This document shows, in pieces, positions 48,201-61,718 of a stretch of 64,000 nt of DNA. The position numbers and the translations under genes were made by a program. The stretch is taken from NCBI GenBank assembly GCA_051362555.1, contig CM120641.1:16368001-16432000 (forward strand), written 5' to 3'. Position 1 is the stretch's first letter, and each line of letters opens with the position of its first letter. The notes beneath the pieces are model-generated. The model was not told where the DNA came from. It did not search any database and was given only the letters and a program-made list of their open reading frames with translations. The stretch is from Lingula anatina (lineage: Eukaryota; Animalia; Brachiopoda).

Positions 48201-51200
48201 ATTTTTTGCTTTTGTTTTCTTTACAGGCAGAGAATCAAAAGGAACCAAGTACAGACCACCCCCCATTGATGTAAGTTCCAGACATTTAGATTTGTTTGAT
48301 GAAAGTAGATCAGAAATTGTTGTATGCTTTGACTATGATTTTAAATGTTTACATACTTGAGTAATATACAGTTCCCATTTCTAAGTATGTGCAGCATCTT
48401 TTTTTTTCAAAGAATTATGTATGTTAAAATGGCATCCTTCTTAATTAGCATGTTTATGTCTTTCATAAATATAGATGGAATGTTAATGCTATTGAACGTA
48501 CACGGATATAGTACAGTAATGATAAATGTACCTGTTGTGCTGTAGTCAAAAAAAATATATGAGAAAAATGACCAGGCACCTATGGTCACAGGTTGCCTGC
48601 TGCCCCTGTCCCCCCCCCTCCCCATCTCCACTGTCCATGGTGTAATGGGCACCATGTTTGTGTTTTTCCTGGTCAGCCATGCATGTTGGACAAGCTACAT
48701 GCATTCTCTATATTTAACAGTGTGAGTGATATATTATGTACAACATGAGTACTTGATTCATATTGATACCTTGCTATAGACTGTTCATCGTTGCAAACTT
48801 CCATTCTCTACAAGGTGCATGGTAATGATCTACAAAAAAGTCAAGTTATATTGGGTAAAACATTTATTGACCAACAATGACTTGCAAAAATGTTGGGGTT
48901 TCTTGTCACTGAATTGTTATTGACAATCTATATAGCAAGGTGAGGAGTTATTTCCACATCTATTATATATTGACAGCTTTTTAGCAAGTCTTTATATTGT
49001 GACGAGAAAGAAATCTGCTGAAAGATAGAGAAAAGCAAATGACATGTTCAGTTTTCAAATAAAAAATACTCACGTAGTGATATGTGAAGTATTGGCTAGA
49101 CTTGACAGTGTCATTAGGATTCCAAAATTACTGAAGATATATAATCTTTAACCATTGTCCAGTTTGATGACCACCTGCTTTTGTTATCAGTTTTCCATGG
49201 GCATTGTCCACTTGTTCTTCTTTGCAAGGAAACTGATTGATGACAATACAAGAGAAGGAATTGATCTAAGTGGATATCTATTTCTTATTTGGATAAAAAC
49301 AAGAGCTCAATTCCTTTTTAATTTAAAAAGTCTTTATAATGTTATAAGAGACTATTTTGTGTAGAACTCTGTCTGATATTTGAGTTTCTTGTTTCTTGTT
49401 TCTACTTTCTGTTAAAATTAATGTTCCCTTTTAGACTATAATTTTATGTCAATATTGGTATAAATTGGTAACCACTGGGAGCCTTCCTGCTGGTCAATAC
49501 ACAGGTGCATGCTCACACATGCTTGCTCATGCCAACAGACTACATATGCACTCACATATTTTGCCACCTCTGACTTGATAGTAAATGTCCATTGTAGGTG
49601 TCAGCTGCAGGGCCTAGCCATGGGCAGTCTAAGACCCCCACCCCCACCAACATGCTCACTCCACGGACAGAGAGAGAAAAGAAGATTGGTCACAGGAGGG
49701 TGGATGAAGCTGGACAAGTCACATACAAGAAGGTAATATGAAATTATTGACTTTGCTTATTTGACCACCCAATGCATTGTTGCAAATGGTGCTGATAAAC
49801 CTACATTATGTACTTGTTAAATGTTCACAGGTAAACAAAATGAAAAAAATAAAAGCTCGAGTGAATCATGCCATAATTGTCAAGAATGTTTAAATATCTT
49901 CACCTGAATTAAATATATGATTCCAACATATCAAAAAAGACAGAAAATACTATCTGGCCCTCCCATTCTTTCATATACTGTAGTTTAATTGTCATGAGTG
50001 ATAAGAGTGTCCCGGATCTTAATGCAGGTATGAAATAACATAGGGGAAAATAAACTTAAAATATACATAATGTATTTGGAGTCTTGTCATTTTGGATTAG
50101 ATCATTGTTACCCTAATGTTTGAAATGTCTCCAGAAGGATGGGCCAAATATTATGAATTTTTATGCTTTATTTAAAGTTAAAAACAGTTTCCCTGATAGC
50201 TGAACAGAAAAGTGCAAGAGGTGGGCAAGACTTAATTTTTTTTGAGAAAATGAATGCAAATACTTGAAATGTAGTTAGGAATTAATTAGTTGAAAAGAAA
50301 AATATTCATTCAGAGCTGTATTTTATTGATTATGAAACCCAGCAGTTGGTTAACCAATGTCTCTGTGTTATCAGACATTTGCATGTGAATTTGTTAGTCT
50401 GTATTGGAAAACATTTCCAACTGTGGAGCAATTAATTAACCTCAAAGTATTATACGTCATCATGACTTTGGAGGTTTTTTTTTTTTTTCTTGAAAAAAAA
50501 GTGAAAAGATGACATTGATATTTCTCCTTGTTCCTGACAGTGGCATATGATATCCTACATAGTGATGTAATTGTACAAGTTCTGTTGCCATGGCGATGTT
50601 TTACAGATGAAGACTGTCATAATGTGTATTGTGTATGAAACATCTGAGGTCTGTACATCTACAGGGTGACAAGGATGTTTTGATGGCATTGGCAGGATAA
50701 AGAGAAGCTTCGAGAAGAAAAGGCGTTTTACTGAAACTAGAACAAGATGGAATTATGAATAATTGTGAAGATTTGATATCAGTTAAAATATGAACAAATT
50801 TTATGTATGCAGCTATGAAGAGTTTTTATTTCTGATTTGATGAATGGTGTTGGATGTGGAAGCTCATTGCTCTTTGTAAAACCAGGCTGTATCTAAAGTT
50901 CCCTCAAGGTAGACAAAAAATTCATTTTGGCCTTTTCAAACATAAAATGCATCGTTTCGGATTCTCAATGAGAGGAGGGACTTTAATTGGCGCAGAGAAC
51001 ATTTACGATTTCTATGATACATTCTGCACAGACTCCAGTAGTGGGGATCTAAACAGTGAACAGGATTTCTCGGAACATATCTACGATAAACTGGATACTT
51101 GGACCCAGACAAGGTCACTAGACCGCGAAGTGAATCTCGCCCGTGCTGATACTTGGCACAGAAACATGGACCAGACAAAAAGTGTTGCTACACTTGAGAG

Positions 51201-54200
51201 TAGTGTACACAGTCTTGTGGACCCTAGCCAGGGGGGCTCTGATATATGTAATGAGGCTTATGGAGTACAAAATTATAACACTGACGTTCAACAGGAGTGC
51301 AAAATTGTGATTGCTAAGACTGGTGATGAGTGTAATGAAATTAGACATTTTAATCTAGATAGCAATTTTTTGTTACCCAAACAAGAAGAAACTTTCACAA
51401 AAAGAATAGGTTGTTCATGGATTGGAGAGCAGGTACAACGATCGGCATTGGCAAACTCTGGGTCTATGCAGTCACTATGCTGTGATCTGCTCTGCCCCTC
51501 TTGTCATAACCAGGGATACTTTCCGAGCAGTGTCTCGGGAAGTGAGGCTGGAGATGTGGAGGAGGATTGCATGCTGGAAAATAATTATTTTGAAACTGGG
51601 AATGAATGTGAACCTGGGACTGAGCCAGAAGGAGATTCCCTGTCCACAGATACCATCAGTGACCAGTGTGACGAAGAGATGTACGACTTCGTGTTTGGGT
51701 CCCTCCCAACTGGCAGTGTCCTAAAGCATGAATTAGATCAAGAATTTCATAAAGCTAGAGCCAATTCTTTTACCTATGGATCGAAAAGAAGAGATTATTC
51801 ATTTGTCAACAAAGCTAAGATATATTCTAATTTAAAGCGTGGGTTTAGTGGAATAGAAAACATTGGTTGGTCCAAGTCATCACCTGTTAGGTTGAGACAG
51901 AGAAGGTTCAGTCATGTAGAGTTAGACAGATACAAGATTGATGTGGACACCATTAATCTGTACATGTATAATAATGGTAAGAAGTGGGACGTGTGGAGAT
52001 TTGGCTCAGAATCTCTTCCAATGGCATACAAGTGGCTTATGCTGCAGATGAAACCACGGTCCTGGTATCATGGCCTGCCTGTAAGTTGGAGACAGTGATA
52101 ACCTGGCAGTTTTAACCACCTTTCTTAATACCAATCATTTAAGAATAATAACCAGTTACTTCACACAAATTTTTTTTCTGAATTGAAAATCCATTCAATG
52201 TTCAGTATTTCTTAGTCAAATCTTTAGGAAGTATAATCCACATTTCAGGATTTTTACTTGAGTTACTCATGGTCTGGGGATTTTTATTTTTCTAAAATTC
52301 AGGAGTATACAGTAATTAAATCCATTTATGATGTTATTCCATACTCAACATTGCTAGAATTTTTATTATTTATTATTTTTAATTGATACCTTGGTGCCTA
52401 GGTATTGTTGCAGGTATTGATTGGACATCATAAGATAATCTGTATGAACTATAAGGTGGCACCTGCACACCCAAGCTTATGGTCCACAAGATTTAACTGA
52501 ATATGAGCTTGTATCATAAACAGTTGTCACTGTAGCTCTGATATGCTCATTGAAAAGCATATGTACCATTAAAGCAAAGTACAAGAATGGAAAATGTATA
52601 AAAAGCAGAGCATCTTTAACTTATTGTGACATAAGTAGTATATTCTATGTATGCCAGTGATCGCATGATCGCAAGTATATAGCAAATATTGAACACAAGC
52701 TACATGTATAGTTCTGGTAAGCATGACACCAAGCTTGCATCCTCATTAGTATGATGTAAAATCAATTGATCTGTAAGGTTTTTTGAATGCCTCCCATGAA
52801 CCTTATTTCCCCGAAACAAGATTTCACATGCAATTTCTGTATTCCAAAAAGAAAAAAAACTATTTGTGTTGTTGTCATAAAGGATCTCATTGTCTTTACC
52901 ATTAAGTGCAGAGTGTATTTTTTATGTATTTCTGTATTTGTTACCAAATATGGTAATATTTTTTAACTGTACATAAACCCTAAAGCACATTTAAGACTAT
53001 AGAGGAAGTTACACAATATTAGAGTTGCATTTTATGTGTTTAATAATTGTTGTTACAGAATGATTTATGGGTAAAATTAATGCTTTCGGGATAATCTGTC
53101 ACTAATGGCAATTTTAGAATATTATAGTACCTGATGTAGGTATTTCATATTTGATTATTATTATTTATTGATATCAAAACTTTTTAAATTCTAGAAACCC
53201 ACGTCAGAGCTTATGGCTGCCATTCAGCTGGGCATTGGTCAGAGCATAGGTGGACTTTCTTCCAAACCAGAACGTGATGTTCTCATGCAGGATTTCCAAG
53301 TAGTGGAAAGTGTTTTCTTTCCAGGGTAGGCCCTGTTTTGTTTTGTTTTTTGTTTTGTTTTGTTTAATTTCTTGTATACAGTCTAATAGATTAGATTGTG
53401 TATCTAGTTTATTCTGAACCATTTACTTTTAGGAATTTTGACCAAAATGATCTCTTTTTTCCTCCAACAGTGTTTGATTAGTTGCTTAGAAAGGAATATC
53501 AATTTCAGCATGAGCCTGAATGTCTTTTTATACAAAGTTTTATTGAATTGGATTTTACTACAATCTAAACTACTAATTCAATTATGTTGTGAAAAATTAG
53601 GTATTTAAGAATCCTCTTTGTGTGGTTTTAAGGATCTCTGTCCAGATTTGGACCGTTTTCAGGCAAGGGAGGGATCTCACCGCTGTAACTTTCTGATTGC
53701 AATATTTTCCTTTTCCAGGGAAGGAAGCAATCTCACTCCTGCTCATCATTATAGTGATTTTCGCTTCAAGACATATGCACCAGTGGCTTTCCGGTATTTC
53801 AGAGAATTGTTTGGTATTCAGCCAGATGATTTCTTGGTAAATATCTTGTTACAACAAAAGAATGGCAAAATATGAACATGATGACAAGAAAGGCGTAAAG
53901 TTACGGTACCCAGCTGTTAATTTGTGAAGAGGATGGTGTCATAATTAAGAAGCTAAAGGGATATGTAACATGAATGAGAGCTGTATGTTGATGCTAAAAT
54001 AATGGCTGAGATGGTAAGATAAAAATATTCGAGCTTATTCTTTTTATTTTCCCATCCATGTCATATTAAAATTGTCAAAAATTGTGTATTTCAGCTGTCT
54101 TTGTGCAATGAGCCTCTCCAAGAGCTTTCTAACCCTGGTGCCAGTGGCAGTATTTTTTATATCACCAATGATGATGAATTTATCATCAAAACAGTGCAAC

Positions 54201-57200
54201 ATAAAGAGGCAGAATTTTTACAGAAACTGTTACCTGGTTACTACATGGTATGTATTGGAGGGGGGGGGGGGGGGGTCAACGAAATGAAAAAAATAAAAAC
54301 ACTATAAGAGTAACTCTCAGATGTTGAAGAATTGATTATTTACCTCTCCAATTTAAGGTACTGATCATACAGGGAGGCATATGTCATGCTTAAGCTGTTT
54401 ACTTTAACTTTACCGTATTTAACTATTCATTAGAGGATTCTTTAATCCCATTGGGCTCCTTTGTATTAAAGACGTTTATTGGTGGCAGTATAATTTGGTC
54501 CAGTAAGAGAAGTCTCTCAGATCACTGAAATGCTTGACTACAGGATTTATCATCAAGCTATGATGTATTTCTTCTTCCAGAATTTAAACCAAAATCTTAG
54601 AACCCTGTTGCCAAAGTTTTATGGATTATACAATTACCAGGTAAGAAATGTTATTGGTGAGCTTTTTCTGTTCTGGCAGACCCATAAAATTGATAAAATA
54701 AATCAAATCGATTGTATTTGTTATTAGAAATCATAAACTTGTAATTATTTTCGTAGTCATATAAGTGGTAAGAAATTATTCTACAAAGTCCACTGTATTA
54801 GGCAGTGATGAAAAATGCATAAAATTCTTGGAAATTAAATACTGGAGGATACAATTAAACTGTAAGAAAATGGTGGCAAATGGCATTTAATGTTGGGTGT
54901 CTTTCACTTAAAGATCAAGGATTTTAGAAGCAGGCAAACTGAGGTATTGTTAGGTTGAACTAATGATATTCCGTTTTAGCTAATGACTATTTTCCTCTTA
55001 TACAGACTATGTTTGGTTAATTTCGGCTTAAATAAGTTTTTAGTTTATTTCTTTATTTTTTATTAAAGGCAAAATATAACTATATGAGAAATATATAATT
55101 AGAACAATTCAAATGGCTTACTTTGACATAAATTCAAATAATAATAGAATTACAGCTTTTTTCGTCTTTTTTGTATGTTCAGACATAGAAAATGTAACTG
55201 AAAATGATCAAATTTTATAGATCATTGCATGATTTGAAGAAATAGGCACTAACTCCCCCATTTCATGTTTTTTTAAAAAGGGAATTTAGTAGGCAGTGAA
55301 ATGGCAATATAAATATATTTATTTATATATATTTCGTTGTTGTTGTTGGAATGTTGCATTAGGAAAACTTAAAAGATAATTATATCTTTTATTATAGATT
55401 TATATTCTATAATATTCTAAGCTCATTAAAGCTCATAAAACATTTCAGGCGTGTACACTTTGATCATATCATTGGAAAATTGCATTTTTTATGCCACTAA
55501 ATATCTGTGCCATGATTAATGAATTCATCAACGAATGATTTATAAATTCATACATATCTGACATAATACATTTTGCGTTTCAGTGTGGAGGCAAAAATAT
55601 TCGATTTGTTGTGATGAACAATTTAATTCCTTCTTCAATTCCAATGCATGAGAAATATGACTTGAAAGGAAGCACATATAAAAGGAAAGCCTCAAAACGA
55701 GAGAGGCAAAAATTACGGCCTACATTAAAGGACTTGGACTTTATGGATATTAACGCTGAGGGAATCATACTGGAAGCTGACACCTACGCAGCATTAATCA
55801 AAACTATACAGAGGGACTGCAGGGTAAGGGGGGCATATTATTTAACATGTACATATGTGGCTGTTGATTATTATTATTATTATTATATTATTATTACTGC
55901 TACTACTACAACTACTGTTACGATTACCAAGCCAGTTCAATGGCAATGTGATATCTTTGTTCATATCACTATATCTGTCTCCCTTTACAGATGTGCTAGA
56001 AGATATACATCTTAATACGATACTTCTTAGTTCTGTATCTTATGTGCTGCATTGAGACAAATGCTAGTTTTCAAAGTTACGAAAAGTAGATTGTATGTCA
56101 TTAATGTCATTTTATTTAAAGGCATTATAGTGAAGGTTTACAGTGATATGAGTTTGCAAGCCTATACAGAATGTGTGAATACACTAAATGTACATAATGA
56201 TGTGGGAATGAAGCTTGAGGCTTTAAGAAAAAAATCCTACAGATCCAGATACTTTGATTTCCCAGGTGTTAGAAAGTTTTAAGATCATGGACTACAGTTT
56301 ACTGCTGGGAATTCACAACTTAGACCAGGCACAGAGGACCAGAGAGATGGAGGAGGAACAGAAAAGGATCAACAGGGTACAGTAGTCAGACTTAGCCCAT
56401 CTAGATGGTGCTTTCTCTTTTAGTCACATGAATGAATCAATGAATTTGCTTTCTACCTCTTTATTTGGCCTTATATAAGTTAAGAAGATTATTTGAAAAA
56501 GCACTAAAAACTTATCCTTTTGAAAAAATTTCTGATAAAGCATTTAATTCCCTACGGAACATTATAATTGGATATTTTTCTCTTTACTTTGCTTACCATA
56601 ACTTTTGAATTAAAAATAATCCTTTTAAACTTGTATTTTATTTGTAAAGTCTACAAAACATATTATTATTATTATGGATTTAGATTAAATAAATGAATAA
56701 ATAGATTTTAAAATAATTACTTCTGTTTTTCAGGCTGCACCAACTCCTGAAATGAACAGACAGACCTCTAACACGTCTGAAGGTGAATCAGGAGCTAGAG
56801 GTATGAATACAATTATTTTCAATTTCTTTGGGAACATTACATATACAGTACACAGTTCTTTAACCTTTACAGTAAAGGTTAAAAAAATTATAACTTTAAA
56901 CTTTAATGTTTGTTATATGTGCTGGGTTTTTATTTACATATTTCAATTTAAATGACTTTTAACCTGTTTCATATTACTTTTGAAATTCCCCAAGTGCATA
57001 CATGTTTTCGTGTTGCTCTAAAGGAAGTATTCTTACAGTGCAATTAAATTATGTTTAGTGTTTTAAATATATGAAATGTGTTGGAATCCTACAGGTGGGC
57101 TTAACCGTGGCAAATCTATGAAGCAGAAGCTTGCCCAGTATTCCACAGCTTTAGAATCTATTCAGGCAGAATCAGAACCAGTGGAAGTGGAGAATGAAGA

Positions 57201-60200
57201 TATACCGTGAGTTTAATGCTAGAGTTGGTTTTGGTCATCCTGCTTTCTTCCCCTTCTTTCTGAATTACATCTTTTGTCATATCAATTCTAAAGCTTTTTC
57301 AGCTTCATTATACTCATTGTTTTTGCCAATTGCCAGGTCATGATTGGGTACTGGTTATGAATGACACTGCGACCTTGTGTTGCATTCCTGACTTAAATTG
57401 CTTGAATGAAAATAGTATAAGATTGGGAAGCCTTGACACAATACAAGTTTTACTGTGTGAAATAATGAATTGAATACTATTTTTCAGTCCTGGCGGAATA
57501 CCTGCCCGCAACTCAAAGGGAGAGCGCCTGCTCCTGTACATTGGTATTATAGATATACTCCAGAGTTATAGGCTGAAGAAAAAATTAGAGCACACCATGA
57601 AGGCTATAGTTCATGATGGGGTAGGTGACTTGGGATTTCATCACACTTACCTGTATTCTTGTCAGTTCATCTAGGTTGATTTTACTCTGAGTATAAAGGA
57701 GTTAGATTGTCTAAATGATAGTGATATTGCATGCTGTTTTAAAATAGCTAATGAGATTTATGTAGCACAAGCTGTTTGTTAAATGATATGAGTGTATGAG
57801 TTACACATTTACCTGTTGATTTGCTAAATTTCTTTGATAATCTTTTATGAATTTATTACATAAATAAATTTGATAATTTCTTCAATCTTTTTTTTCCCCC
57901 AGGACACAATATCTGTGACCAGACCTAGTTTCTATAGCCAACGGTTCCAAAATTTCTTCTCTCAAGAAGTATTCAAGAAGGTTCCTTCATGTAAGTATAC
58001 ATACCAAAAGAGCAAGCTTTGAATGTAGAAGAGCAGGTGGCAGCTATTTCTTTATTTCCAAAGGTAGCAGGTGTTGTTTTTATGTCCTAGGGTATACAGC
58101 ATCCCTGTTGTCCTGCCATGACAGTGATGGCACTGGAGTAAAGATGTGTAATAGCATTAATCATAAGCTGGGCTAGACATGCCATTTACTATGGGTAGCT
58201 TCTGGTGTTCATGTTTATTGAAAACTGGATGGCAATGGATGCACTGCATGTTACAGCAGTTTCTACTGGCTGGCCTTCTTCGGTGGCTGCATATATATAT
58301 TTATATTTAGATATTTTGCAAGGCTGGCATGGGATGTTTTGTTTTCTGGAAATAGAGGCTTAGTGATGGGTGTTCCCTAAATCAGTACATGTTATTATGG
58401 CTGTGTGGGAGGGAAAAAGATTCACTTTTCTAGTTCAGTTTTTCAAGATCTGGTGCATGCCTCACTTCCAATGGTGTTTTTATGCAGATATAACACATCC
58501 ATTTCGGAGAGTTTTAAGTTTTGAAGCATCATCCTCTAAATGCTATTGGTGTTATCCTTCTCTCTATTGATTTCATTAGTAATAGGGCAGACAGGGTGAG
58601 TATGGAGGATATGGGGTTTGGATTCATAAAAGACAGAAGAATTCCTATCAAAAGATTTGAAATGTGTTAATTATGGTCAATTTAGGAAAAGGTTTTGATT
58701 GGTGTCTAAGAGTATATGTTTCTATTAAATGTTAATAGTGTGCCATCAAGGAAGATATTTGCAGAAAACCCTTACCGCTCTGCTCTTTATGTTGTGCTTC
58801 TAGAGCTTTTGGAGGTTAAGATTCTTCTTCTTTTATTTTTTTACTTATATATTACCTCTGTCCTTTGGCATTATTATTGACAATGTGTCAAGTATAATTA
58901 ATGTATTGATAAAAAAGTAAATTGTTTTTTTTAGAGATTAAACATGGTTTTTAATTATCAGGAATGACATTTTATGAAAGGTGAAACTGTTTTTAGTCTC
59001 TTTACAAGCAATTTGCTGTTTGTAAATTCTTCACACAAAAGTCGATCTATTTCACCTAATTAATTTATTGTTATACTGAAGTTCGGCACTATGGAAGATG
59101 TTAATGATATGCATATTCTATATAATATTGTGTGAATCTTTGATTTTTGACCATTTAGAATAATTACATAATTTGTACTACAATAATTTATTTGACTTGC
59201 AGTATGATTAATGAGCTGAACATTATTAAATCTTTTCATGTATCAGTATTTTATACACAATTCATTCTCTTAGTACTTTGGTGTAGTTGTCTGCAGACAT
59301 TTATGGTTAGAAAGTTCAAACTGCTATTTTTCCAACTTGCTGTGAAAAAAAAACCCTCTTATGTTGTAATTTCACTGGATAATTACATCTTATTATAATG
59401 TCTACATTAATACAAGGGTGGGATTCCTGTTGATCAGACTTTTCTGTAATACCTTAAACTGGTGACAGCTATGAACAAACTGGTCAATATCTTTGCTTAG
59501 GACCTAGACATAGAGATGCTGTACCTTTTTCTTAGGGCTTGATTAGTTATAACACCTTGCAGTTTGTAACTGAACTGATGCTGTACTAATACTACTTACA
59601 GTGGTTTGGCAGAGATGCAACCAACCTCTAGATATAGCAGTGGACTTGCTGCCTCTTGTAACTCATCTTGTATTAACATTCTCTTGCATTATTCTATTCT
59701 TGCCTGTTTATTTTTTTTGTTCAATAGTGGATCAGCCACAGATTATTGGACCTCATGCGCGATTTAGAAAACTGGTCCAAATGGGTAACTATGTTCTAAT
59801 AACATATTTACGCATGATGCCCTGTCTTATATAATTGTGAATTTCTTTCCACGTAAGGTAATTCCTGCACAGAAAGACTGGAAGTTTTGGAAGTTGAAAT
59901 TAATTTTCTATATTTGTAAGAAAGGCATGCAAGCAAATGGCCTTCAAAGAGATCTTATCATACTGTCCCTTTGATTTTTATACTTATGCTTCTCAACATG
60001 CAAGGATTTAAAAAATTCCCCAAAGCAATCTTTGAAATATTAGATAAGGAACAACACAGATCTGTCATATTTGCAGGAATTGCCATACACGGTATATGGT
60101 TTTTCATGACTAGTTTATAGTTCTTCTGGGTTATACAGTATGGTTGCTTCAGTCTAAGTGATGGTATACAGTATATTATTGGAGGTGTTGTCCAGAAACT

Positions 60201-61667
60201 GTTGCATGATACCATGTTGTTGTCAACGTGTTATTTCATTTACTCTTCTTTGGTATTGGTGAAGGTGGTGCTTGTGGGAAGCTTTCTATACTAGCCAAAA
60301 ACAGAAATGCAAGTTTCATGAATTGTTGTTGTTAAAATATTTCAAATATTGTAAAATATTTTCTTCCTTCCCCAGGAGCATGTTGAGGATAATATAATCT
60401 TGTTTTCTATTCTCTATGAAAAAAAAAGCTTTCAGTGAACACAGCTGTAGACAGTTTTGAGCACCAATGAATAATTCATATTCAACAATCTTAGTAAAAG
60501 TCCATATATTTTTCTTTAGTAAATCAAAACAGATCTAGTTAAATGGCATTAATCAATTCCTTAATAAGTCACATCAACCATTGCATGATAAGTACAAATA
60601 AATAGGAGGGATTTCGTGATAACATATAGCATCCATGCATCACATTGTTTCCTTGAATATCATTATAAAATGGAATGAAGGTGCATTCACGTGCATGTTA
60701 CATGTGCTCCAAAGGATGAATGTGCCTCGTTGTTTGATACATAGGTGTGCATTATAATTATAATGGGCAGTGACCACTTTTGTTCTCAAAATGATGAGTT
60801 TGTGATAAGTGTACCCTTTTGTAATAGTGCATGACCAACTAGTGACCTATAGCCATTGAAATATTGCTTTCATTTGATACTGAGACTGACTTTTATAGTT
60901 ATCAGGGATGAGATTTTTCCAAATAGCAGCATATGTTTTACTTTTCCCTAAATGACTCATCCCTGAGTCATCATTGTATTATTTCAATGTAGATAAATGG
61001 CATGATAGTGGTAGTACTTGCTCTAGGATTTTTCTATATATCTTTGCACAATAATTTTATATACTGAAGAGACAGTATATATGATCATTGCCATTGTGTT
61101 TTTATTTATATATATATATATATATATTTTTTTTTTCCTAATAAAACAGCACCTATAAAGGAGGTGTTCCCAAATAAACCTTCTTTTCAGACTTTTGTGT
61201 TTTAAGTTTCTTATAATTATTTCATCAGTAATTCAGGGACATTTATTGTAAAGCAATCTTGAACAATATCTTCATCTTGTGAAAGAATGTTTGTGTTAGT
61301 TTTGCGAAAGTATGTCATTTCAAGATGCTAAATGTTTTTGTTAAGGTCTCAATACTTTTTGTTAAGGTCAGGATGGGGTTTACATATTTCATTTCTGTGT
61401 GTGTGTGGAAGTTCGGGTCCAGGTCAATAAGCTTCAGCAACATTTCAAAGATTATTTAGAGGATTAATTTAATGGGAATTAATTTTGAGTAGTAATAGTT
61501 GTTGAAGGTGTTATACAGCTGTGGAAGGCTGCAGTGTAATGCTCTAGCATGGATGTTATTTTTCATGTCAAACCACTTCATTACTTCATGTTTTCCACAG
61601 TGTTCATAAGTTTACCCTCAGCTTCTTATGTGTGCAGCTTTATAGCTTTCTCTTGTATCATCAATCC

Positions 61668-61718
<51 letters not shown>

